Assembly: GCA_964106915.2 (NCBI GenBank)
Contig: OZ066925.1
Reading direction: 5' to 3' (one strand)
Source: Podarcis gaigeae
Lineage: Eukaryota
DNA length: 64,000 bases
Part shown: positions 53,270 through 64,000 of the stretch, one piece after another
How the letters are laid out: each line of letters begins with the position of its first letter
How positions within the stretch are numbered: the stretch's first letter is position 1
Notes under the pieces: generated by a model
The model's database searches: none
What the model saw: the letters and a program-made list of their open reading frames with translations, nothing else
What the model was told of the DNA's origin: nothing
Made by a program: the position numbers and the translations under genes

Positions 53270-55398
53270 TTGGGATACCACACAAAGAAGCTATCAGCAG
53301 GGGATTTTGTGTTCAACATGCATGTGATACAAGGTCGTAACCCAGAAACAAACAAAAAAAAAATCTACTAAATTGTGGAGTAACTGCTAGAATGAACTGC
53401 TGAAAACAATGGGAGTAAACTGAATGTTTTGACGACACTAATCTACACTCCTAAAAGCCGATCTTATGGACATTGTTTTAAGCCCTTATGACAAACCATG
53501 CTGTGTACAAACACTCTGTGGAATCCTCAATCCCTTACTCCACACAAGGTGAAAATGAAGCTGGAAAGGATAAAGGGACATGACTCATCACAGGCTATAA
53601 ACCTTTGGTGACCTTGATGAAAACAAATTATTTGAACCAAGTACAATTATGATGGCAACATCTTCTAAGAAGAATGATTCAATCCAGTAGCACAGTATGT
53701 TCCTGGAAAAGAGCTCCTCACAGCAGATACTTTGCCACACAATGTAAGTAAACACAAGTTAGAGAAGGAGGTTAAGGCTTACATCTGTAAGTCAGTTTCA
53801 CTAGATCAAAACAACTATTCATGGTGCTCCAGAACTTCACAACTTTTTATACTATATCAGATCAAATACCTTAGCAATGTGTCAGAGCTGACTAGAAAGT
53901 ACTTTCCTGACCATGGACAAGTGAGTGAATTGGAAGGCCTAATAACAAAAAGGAAATGTATTTTATTTTTGGTTTTTCTGAACCACAATCTACAAGGCAA
54001 GAAATTCTAGACCTTATCCACCAAGGGCATCAAGGTTTAACCAAATGTCACAATCAAGCCAAGCTGACCCTATATGGCAACCTTGTGTTAGAAATATCAG
54101 CTACACATGTTTAGTAACTGCACATGTTAACCACAGCAAGCAACTGCCCCATCCCTGCCAATTACCACAAAGAACCATAGCAAAGGTGGTTTATTTTCTC
54201 TATTTACTTATGAAGTAATCCACATGCTGCCTTTGGGGGCATAACCCACTGAAAACCGCTTACAACGCTATAAATACAGTGATCTAAAATAATCCAAATT
54301 AACAAAGGCAACATCACTGAGTCATTAAAATGCCAATTCAAACAGTACAGCAACTAACAAAAGATAGCTCTGCAAACATTTTTTTTTATTAAAAGACATT
54401 TTAAAAAATATATATTACTTTTTATACACCGTTTAAAAAACCCACAGTGCAGAGATCATGCAGATCTGAGGGAAGAGAGTTCCACAACATGGAAACCACC
54501 ACAGAAAAGGCCCCATCTCTCATGCCTGCCAGGCAGGATCATAAGCAGGGCCTCTGGGGCTGATCTCAATGCGCAGGCAGGTTACAATAAGGACTGCAGG
54601 CAGTCCTTCAAATAAGTCCTTCTTAGTACAGTACAAGCTGGCTGCCTCAAAATATCTTTTTTAAGGAGACAATGTTTTGAATAAACTTGTATAAAACCCT
54701 ACAAAATGTGGATCACTACTAAGTAAGATTGAACATCCATGTTTTATTCTATGAATTTAATATGAGATTTAGCTGCTGGTAACCCCAAAAGGGAACAGAT
54801 ATGCCTTTCTTCTCTCTGTGCATTCAAAATGGTGACTACAGTTAGTGGGCAGTTGGTTTGGGTAGTAGTGTTCACTGTGTTCAGACAGGGTTGTAACCAC
54901 CACCACCATAATCCCCGCCCCAGCCAAAGGATCATTTCTGCAGTCTGGGGAATGCTCATAGATCCAGCCTAGAAAGCCAAGAGGTGTCAGTGACAAAGCC
55001 TTTTCCGACATAACCCTGTCTGTTCCAGGAGATCTTGCTCTCTAAGGTGAGGCAGGTTGTGATAACAGAGAGACGTTGGGTCAGCTCAGAAACCAATCAA
55101 GAGAGAATAGTGAGCTCAAGTTTGAACCATTAAACATTCAAATAGGGCTCGTTAGTTAGTTAGATAGGACTCGGTAAGTGCCTATTTAGGGATCTGTTTT
55201 GAGCCTTGTTAGGGCTGAATTGGGGATTAGCTAGACAGGGCAACCCAGATTGTATCCCTGAGGGTAAGGCAAAGATCCTACAAGAAGTTCTAAGAGTCAT
55301 TAGTCAATTCAGAGACAGGTTTAAAGTGATAATTTAAAGGATATTTTTAGCTATCTCTGTAAAGAACATGCATCTGAAACAAAGTGTTGTGCCTATTA

Positions 55399-55704
55399 AA
55401 GTACCCCTGACCATTAGGTCCATTCGCAGACGACTCTGGGGCTGTGGTGCTCATCTTGCTCTATAGGCCGAGTGAGCTGGCATTTGTCCGCAGACAGCTT
55501 CTGGGTCATGTGGCCAGCATGACTAAGCCGCTTCTGGCAAACCAGACCAGTGCATGGAAACGCCGCTTACCTTCCCGCCAGAGCGGTACCTATTTATCTA
55601 CTTGCACTTTGACATGCTTTCTTACTGCTAGGTTGGCAGAAGCTGAGACCGAACAACAGGAGCTCTAGGCTCTGTGGTTTAGCCCACAGCGCCACTCGCG
55701 TCCC
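55399..55704 (-). mobile_element. Sauria SINE with internal deletion of the B-box region
   Basis: Core as in other copies, but 'gagctc' joins directly to 'taggctctgtgg'; TSD tgttgtgcctatta/tgttatgcctatta. Confidence 0.9.
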
Positions 55705-56375
55705 TATGTTATGCCTATTAGAGTAATTATTAAGATATAACCCTCATCATCTGTATGTAAATAAAATTCTAGTTTTATTCTGAAAGTGCCTCATCCTTAC
55801 TTTGATTCTCTGGGTGAGGACAAATTCTCCTTTCACATAACTGTCATACATTGCGGCTTGTTATTAAGAGATAATAACAGACCTTTCAAGTTTTCTGACA
55901 GAGAGTGTACATTTTAAAAACACTAAAAGAAATCCAGTCACATTACATCTCTCCCATCATTACTGAGGGAAGTTGCAACACAGGTAGTGGCTAAGGAAAG
56001 GGCTTTTATAGTTGTGGCACCCCACATGTAAATTCTTCCCTGAAGGGTGAGGTGGGGGTTTATGTTATACCTCTTTCAATATCCTTCTTGCATCAAGCAA
56101 AGACCTTCTTATTTCCCCAGGCCTTTAAAATTTTTACAAGTTGTTTTAATCCTGTTATTTTATCTGCTGTTTTGTGTTAAAAGTCATCTTGGAAATATTA
56201 TACTAAAGAGTGGCACAAAAGTTTGTAAGTTAATTTTGGCTTTAAAAATACTGCCAGTTCTTGAGCATCTTCTCTACACAAACCTCTGCTTGATCAGTTG
56301 TTTATACAATTCATGTGTGTGTCATCAAATTGCAGCAGTAAGGGGCTTGTTTATATCTAACTATATTGAGGTTAA

Positions 56376-56739
56376 AAAAGGTAAAGGGACCCCTGACTGT
56401 TAAGTCTAGTCATTGACGACTCTGGGGTTGTGGCACTTATCTCGCTTTACTGACTGAGGGAGCCGGCGTTTTGTCCGCAGACAGCTTTCCGGGTCATGTG
56501 GCCAGCATGACTAAGCCACTTCTGGTGAACCAGAGCAGCGCACGAAAATGCTGTTTACCTTCCCGCCAGAAGAGTACCTATTTATCTATTTGCACTTTGA
56601 CATGCTTTCAAACTGCTAGGTTGGCTGAAGCTGGGACTGAGCAACGGGAGCTCACCCCATTGCGGGGATTTGAACCGCGAACCTTCTGATCGGCAAGCCC
56701 TAGGCTCTGAGGTTTAGACCACAGCGCCACCTGCGTCCC
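56376..56739 (-). mobile_element. Sauria SINE, full length
   Basis: Core and termini as above; TSD-like atattgaggttaa/atattaaggttaa. Confidence 0.93.
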
Positions 56740-57257
56740 TGGCATATTAAGGTTAAGAGGCACAAATAAAAAGACACGTTTTTACAATAATCTATATTCT
56801 GTTACCTAGTTATCATAGAGCTTCTGAAATTATGATGTGCTGCTATGGGAATAACTAGTGGAGAAGAATTACAAGAAAAAGCTAGAGAGTTTCTATTTCT
56901 AAAAGTTGCTAAAATGTTAGTGTTTATACAGAGAAGAGAGGCTCAGATCAGCTTTTGAGACATAAAATGAATCAGGAAATTGCCAGTCACCTGAAAATGT
57001 ACTGTAGAACCCTGAAATATATCTCCAACTGTCTAACATTAACGGCAGCTGTTAAGAAATATTTGGAAGGTTCTGTTATTCAGTTTTGCAAATTATCCTT
57101 CAAAGAACAAAATTGCTCTTGCCAACAATTTGCATGTGTTAGAAGACCAAGAAAAAGGAGTGAAAAAACAAGGGAGAGGGCGAAAGAGGCAAAAGGTGAA
57201 AAACAAAGCACCTATTTATCCTCTTAAAACAGGTTGAAAACAAAGATGAATGCCTAC

Positions 57258-57306
57258 CTCCCACTGCAAGTGTGGCGGGATATTTCTGATTTGAAGTTTT
57301 CGACTC
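57258..57306 (-). CDS. IGF2BP3: IGF2BP3 exon 3 (RRM2 start)
   Basis: ccccag|GAGTCGAAAA...TGGGAG|gtaggc gives (R)SRKLQIRNIPPHLQWE; 49 nt; absent from the supplied ORF track. Confidence 0.95.
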
Positions 57307-59504
57307 CTGGGGATGGAGAGAGAGAGCCTGTTATTTAAACACACACAAAAAATGTACACTCCATAACACATCTCTGAAAATTACTAGGTCAAAACGAGTT
57401 TTATAGTAAGAAGCAATTATCACAAAATAATTTCATTATATGCCTACAAATAATTATATACCTTATGCTCACCAGTAAGTCAATTGAAGAGATACTACTA
57501 AAAAAACCGCTCCTCTTCACAGTATTTTCTTGGCACATTGAAGCATTTCTTAACACGTGAAACATCTTTGCTTCAAAAATATTGTGCTTCCTATCATACT
57601 GTTTAAGTATGGTGGCATTATTTTTAGACTTGTAAAAACTATCCCCAAATTTGAAACTTCACAAAATGGTGCATGAGAGAAAGAAAGAATATGTAAATTT
57701 TAAAACCATGGTCAGTTTAATTAGCACTTGAATTCCTAAGATTCCATGCTTCTGAAATCTTGACTAGCTGTTGTATTGTCACCTTTGTTTCAAAGATATA
57801 TTGGCCCTCACTCATCTATCTTGCAATGAAAGCATTTGCTTTGTAATAGTATAAACAAGGCCCAGTGGCATCTGGAATGGAATAATAGCCAAACCTTTGG
57901 TCTCTTCACCTCTCATTCCTTTTCACCTGAAGAAGAATAAATGCACACCCAGAATGCTACATAACCTTGGGATCTTCAGCAATGTACAGATAAAAAAAGG
58001 TTCTGTACATCACATGGGAACTGTATGTACTTCCTCAAAGCTAGAAAGGCTATTCATACAAGAACTCAGAAAATTCACAATTAAGGAGATTTCTTGAGAT
58101 AGACAAAAAAATAGAATGCAATAAATATAATCAAGGCAACAACCCTATACACGTACTCAGTAATAAGTCCCACTGAGATCAACGAGACTTAATTCTTTTC
58201 AGACAGACATAGGATTGTACTGCAAATCTTATGTTGGTGTGGTTCACAAAAAGTTAAACCAACTAAGTCATACTAAGAGTAGAACCACTGAATTCAATGA
58301 ACTTAAGTTTGTCATATCCATTGACTTGAATGACTTAGTCGTATACAACTCATACAAAATAAACTATGGTCAATGTGCATGAGCAATTCACTCTTCCCTC
58401 ACTTTCGACTACGCCGCACGAGAGAAAGGAAACAAGTCAAAGCCTTGTTGCCATGAAATGCTTATCACTCATAACATGTTGACTTCTCATTTTTTCTTTG
58501 GAGAGAAACAAAGGATGAGCCCACAGGACCTACAAGACTCTTGATTTGTTTAGGGTTCACTTGCTTCCCTCCCTGTGTGGCACAGTCAGAAATGTGGTGG
58601 AAGCAAAGCTCTTGTCACATTAAGCCATACTTTGTATTTTAAACTGTGGTTTAAAGTTACGTAAGAACTGCTCACTCGTCAACTGGATTTAGGTGAAAAC
58701 AACTAAAATCTTGTGGCACCTTGAAGACTAAGACATTAATTATGGCCTAAGTTTTCATGGATTACACTAATGGAAAGGAATGTAAACCAATGAAAGGTTA
58801 TATGGTACAACAAACACTAGTGTTTAAGGTGCATCAGGAAATTGCATTAGGTGAAATGCTATACATCCAGCTTTTTCAAACTACAACTCCCATCAGCATG
58901 GCCAGTAATCAAGGATGGCAGTTGTGTCCAACAGCATCTGGGGGCACTCAGTTGGGAGTGCTACTATAAATGAAGAACCTGGAAAAGTTTTATTTTAAAA
59001 AATATTTGATTCTAGTTTGTTGCAGGTATGCAGTAGTAGCTTTTTCCACTACATACAACCCAACAGAAATTTCTCTTGGGCAAGAATTGCTGAAAGGAGA
59101 ATTTCCTAACAGATGTGTTAAGTTCTAGATATGCTTTGCTTTCAATGTCATTTTTTCCTATTCCAAGGTCTATACCCCTTAAAAGATATAGCAATAATCC
59201 TAAACATAAATTCTAGCAGCCTTACATAAATGAGCATAGGGGGATGCATGCACTACCTCTTGATATGCTATGGAATAAATTCTCCTTTCCTACAAAAGAG
59301 GTTTTAACTTTCATAATGAAGTTTCATCATTAACTATTTGATGTCCTTTTTGGACCTTCCTTCTAATTTTGCTTTAAAACATTTCATGTCTAACTTGACC
59401 ACAAGCAATTTAGTTTTATGGACTGTGTGACAGCAGACAAGATGCAGTCCAAACCCACTGCTTTTAAATGAATTCAGTATCTTTACTTGTGCTATTACAA
59501 TTTT

Positions 59505-59553
59505 TAATAATAATAATAATAATAATAATAACAACAACAACAACAACAACAAT
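59505..59553. repeat. compound (TAA)n(CAA)n microsatellite
   Basis: Read directly. Confidence 0.95.
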
Positions 59554-61280
59554 AAATCCTCTATCAAAACTATTGTGCCAATGCTTAACAGTGTATAAGG
59601 CATGCCCACAAAGAGGCAATCAAAAGCTAAAGATTTGGGCAATATAATTTGCTACTGAGGAAACATGCCAGTTGAGAGGGTAACAGTTGTGTTCGAGAGG
59701 TGAAGTTTTCATAACTACTGGCAGTCCACTATCCCCAGTATCAGCACAGAACACCTAACATATAATAACCTTTTTACAATAACTTGCTTTTTAAATTAGA
59801 CTTTGTATTTAAGTACAGTGCAATCATAAGTTAGGCAAGGATTATGCTACCAGGGGTTGAGTGTAAAAGCAAAATCAGTACTCCTCACACCACCCAAGAA
59901 CTCAGAGCCTCCCAAAGCCTGGTAAGTAAGGTGAATAACTTAAATAAAGCTCTTTTGCGCAATTTTTCCCTGTACAAAAAGTTTGCAGGGTTCTGAGATG
60001 GTTGTGCAAATGCTCTGGGAGGTTCCCACGAGATCTCACAGGGCCCTTTGAGAGCCTTCAGAGCCCAATAAATAATAGCCTCCTGCCCTCTGTTTATTTA
60101 TTTATTGGGGATCTGTATAAAGTTATGATCACATAAGTAAAATCAGCATAAGTTGCGGTAGTTCATATGCCAGGTATCAGTAAACTGAAAATGACCATAT
60201 GTAACTTAAATCCACTGGTTTCAAAAAGTCTACACTGTGTATGACTTACACTAGATATTACCCAGTAAGATTAGCTACTTGCTTATGTACCCAAGGTGCA
60301 TAAATCTTAAAAGTAATTTATGGAAGCAACTGTGCACTGAACTTTTAGTGGCTTAAATTATGTCATTACTAAACACTTGAACATAATCAGAATACTAATG
60401 CATGGTTGTAATTTTCACACTACTTTAAAGCAGCAGAATTCAATTGAGTTTTTAACCAAGGACAGTATATACTTTTCAACAGAAAGACTGTAGGATTAGC
60501 TGAAATGTGCACATGTGAATTAGAGTGCATGGTGCATTTGACCAAAATACTTAGGCTTGAGAACATTTGTCTGATAACAGAATAAGTATTTAGACTTTAT
60601 GCTGAATATAGCTGAAGGACAGTGTCACTCTTCCTGTTAAGTAGCACTTGGGGCTGCAATCCTATGCGCGCTTACCTGGAAGTGTAAATGTTAAGATTTC
60701 CTGAAACTTGGAAGACATGAGAAAATAAGGGTTTTTTTCTGCCACATCAGCCCTCTGAGGGGAAAAAACTAATTTGAGGGGGAAATTGAAATACATTCTG
60801 TATTTACTGTCAGACGAAACCTAAATCTGCTTTTCTACATCATTTATATCTAGGCATGTGCAATAGTACTAGTTGGGTTATGAGATGTATAAAGCTATCT
60901 ATGCAAGTTTTCTCAGAAGTAAGATGCACTCTGTTTAATTCAGCTTATTACCAGGCAAGTGTGCACAGGACCTCAAAAGTATACATGCCTTGGGTTCTTT
61001 ATCAGCATAATTGTGAATATATATACTTAATAACGGAGAGTAGCTGCACCCTATGTACTGAGGCACATGCATCTTAGTTTTTTGCTGTCTGAGAAGTAGC
61101 AAAAAATAGACATTTAAAAAGTAGAAGACCCTAGATCAAATGGCCACCAAAGGAAGGCAAGCAGAAATTCACAGGCAAGAACACCCTTTTGCTCCTTTCA
61201 TGAAAGCAGTACCCTCTAGGTGCACAAATGCATATTAGATATGTATTATATATGTGGTGTGTGTGTGTGTGTGTGTGTGT

Positions 61281-61349
61281 AGGGACGCGGGTGGCGCTGT
61301 GGTCTAAACCACAGAGCCTAGGGCTTGCCAATCAGAAGGTCGGCGGTTG
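61281..61349 (+). mobile_element. Sauria SINE 5' fragment following (TG)n at 61258-61280
   Basis: gggacgcgggtggcgctgtggtctaaaccacagagcctagggcttgcc head only. Confidence 0.85.
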
Positions 61350-62546
61350 GAATATAATATCCACAATACACCCCCCTGACGGTGACGCACCTGTCAATCA
61401 CCTGATGTCACCATGATGTCAGGTGGTCCAATTTTAAAAGCAAAGAATCAGGGCACATTCTAAACGTGCTCTTGATTCTTTTCTTTCTTCCCTTGCAGGC
61501 ACAGCTTCATACAGCACATGCAAAACAGCAGTTCTCCTTGCTAAAAAGAAGATTCCTGCCAAAATTGGGGCTTGCACTTGGGAGCTCCTGATAGGGAACT
61601 CCTGAGTGCTGCCAATCCCAGCAATAAGCACCAACCAACTCACTATTGCTGAATGCAAGCCTGCTTTCTGAAGGAATTGCTTCCACTTAAACCCATTCAA
61701 GTGGGAGCTTGCATCGTGCATTATTCTTAAAAGACAATAAATATAATTCCTGCTTGCCAGAGAACAGGCAGGTTCTCGTTTTTTTAAACAACAGCAACAG
61801 CCATCCCCATAAATTTCCAATTTTTTCAATTGAAAAGGTTGGAGAAGTCTCAGAAAAAACATGGGGTACTCCTCCCCACTGCTGTTTTTTTCCTCCTGAG
61901 CCTTCACACCTCTTTTTGGTAGCAAGCCCTACAGCACACAGTAGAATTTAGTTCTCAATAAACATACATGTGATAGTGTTGTAAATGTCCTTTCAAAAAT
62001 AAACACAATATAGCAGTTTTCTTCCACACAAGTATTTTTAGATGCCAAAATCAAAAGCAGCTAGGACAAATTTCACACGGTTATTTTAAGAATTTCCACC
62101 CTCTATACTAGCCTTCTAGTTTCAATATTAGGTAGCTAATATTCCACATAAGGTTGAAGGAGGAAGCTAGAAGAGTGATGCTCTCTCCCACTTCCTCTTC
62201 CATAACTGCTTTATCAAGGCGCTGACTGGCGTCCGAGCAGCTAAATCTGAATGCAGAATGACTGACAGGGCAGGAAGAAAATAAGACTGATCTGGTAAGA
62301 CTGGGAAGGGAGCAATAGGGGCAGGGGTAGAGAGACAGGAATGGAGTACCACAGGACGAGAAGGACAGTGTGTCAGAAAGGATGCAAATGCACAATCACA
62401 TCAGCTCTCATAAAATGGATGCTCTTGAAACTGCATAAGCTATCCTTCACCCAATCAAATAATAGATTACATCTGTCTCCACTGGCTGAACCATTAAACC
62501 ACTGATCAGCTCAGTACTGCCATGGTGCAAAAACAGATCTGAGGCA

Positions 62547-62658
62547 TTGTTGTTGTTTAGTCGTTTCCGACTCTTCGTGACCCCATGGACCAGAGCATGC
62601 CAGGCACTCCTGTCTTCCACTGCCTCCCGCAGTTTGGTCAGGCTCATGTTTGTAGCTA
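62547..62658 (-). mobile_element. Bov-B 3' terminal fragment
   Basis: Reverse complement of 22213-22320; frame SLTKLREAVEDRSAWHALVHGVTKSR. Confidence 0.9.
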
Positions 62659-63348
62659 GGTCCTCCTAATATCCCAAATGTGTCTGTGAGGCCAGAAAGG
62701 TTAGCAGTCTACACTTTTACAGTAAATCTCACTGAACTCAATATTCTAATGGAGTACACATGTATACCTGGAGTTCTCTATGCTGGTAATGCTGTCTAGG
62801 GATGATGGAAGACCAAGTCCAACATCATCTGAAGGGCCACAGATTAGCCACCACTGGAGTATAAGACTGCACTGAAAGACAACTTTCCAGAAACATGCAA
62901 AACAAAAACTGGCATACTGCTGGGCACACGCAAACCATTTTGGATGCTGAATTATGACTAGCACAACATGGCTGAGATCAAAAGAGCTATTTTAGACATG
63001 TCCAAGGGTTTGGAACACGCCCAGTGCGATTTCCCCCCTTTCAATAAGTAGACCCTTGCCCATAACAACCACTTTTGGTTCAATTTCAAAAGTGTCTTCC
63101 TAGGTGGCCTGGTGTTTGAAAAACAAAAACCACAACCTCCCTTGGGTACATGGAACTATGTTTTTCTTCTGAACCATATTGGCTAAGAGCTAAAATATAC
63201 CAGCCACACTATTCTATAGTAAAACCAAGCAACGGGGGGGGGGGGGGGATTCCATACAAGATGGAATGCAAGTAGAAAAGTTGTATCTTACTTCATGAAA
63301 ATTAGATGTGAAAATGAGGTCAACACATGGAAGGAAAATTGAACAGCA

Positions 63349-63425
63349 GCATTTCTAAACCTGGTACCCTCCAGATATTTTGAATACTGTTTTTACTCTG
63401 GAGGGAACCAGGTTGAAGAAGGCTG
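63349..63425. mobile_element. internally deleted palindromic hAT-type MITE
   Basis: aacctggtaccctccaga...tctggagggaaccaggtt inverted arms related to the copies at 2705 and 16649. Confidence 0.55.
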
Positions 63426-64000
63426 CTTGCACATGACCTGCCAACTTCCCCATGCTTGTAAGGAGTCAAGCTTTTAATAGTGCTGTCCTATGTCTTTAAA
63501 AAATTAACTTCTGTACAACATGTGTACTTGAAAGTATTGCACAAGGACTTCCAACTGTTCTTCACACTTCTTAGGCTATAAAAACTTACATTCATAATTT
63601 GTTAATTCCCAAGTGTGACTTAGCAAAAGGATTTAGTAAAGCAGCTACAACTCTTGTGCCAAGTACTTAAATATATCTTTGCATTTTCCTACCAATTTCC
63701 ACAATGGAATACAACTGAAACAAGTCTTTAAAAAGTGATAGAAAACTTTACATCGTTTATGGTAAACATTGCAATCTATCAACACTGCATCATCTTCCTT
63801 CCATTCTTAATTCTGATTTTCAGCAAAATGGTTCATATCCTATTTTTCCCCACCATATATTTGAGAATCTACACGTTAAGAAATACGGATTGCTTTTTCA
63901 CCAAAGTGTGCAAAGCACTACAACAAACAGACAGACAACTCTACTTCAGTTCAGGGATTATGTTAAACTATCAATTCAGCAGTTTTCCTGGGCCTCTTTT

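Overview
Vertebrate nuclear DNA from a squamate reptile, probably a lacertid-type lizard (inferred from Sauria SINE, Bov-B, CR1/L2 and hAT/TcMar repeats). It carries the gene order GPNMB (+, last 4 exons, 752-4492), MALSU1 (+, complete 4-exon CDS, 9733-15693, 230 aa, CpG-island promoter) and IGF2BP3 (-, exons 3-15, 57306-20003; exons 1-2 lie beyond the right edge). This is the order I recall for human 7p15. I joined the exons by hand, and they give continuous reading frames with consistent splice phases; one IGF2BP3 intron has a GC donor. The rest is intronic or intergenic DNA with many transposable elements and two assembly gaps. I found no convincing new protein-coding system. The best candidates for undescribed biology are non-coding: (1) a young 1.67 kb ORF-less, polyA-tailed retro-element with a 19 bp TSD and a structured CpG-rich head, nested with three DNA transposons inside a decayed L1; (2) two same-subfamily Sauria SINEs in inverted orientation tightly bracketing MALSU1 exon 2; (3) a 62 nt near-perfect hairpin downstream of the GPNMB stop; (4) a miRNA-site cluster and two possible escape routes at the IGF2BP3 3' end. 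Gene names, exon numbers and repeat family names come from recalled homology, not database searches.
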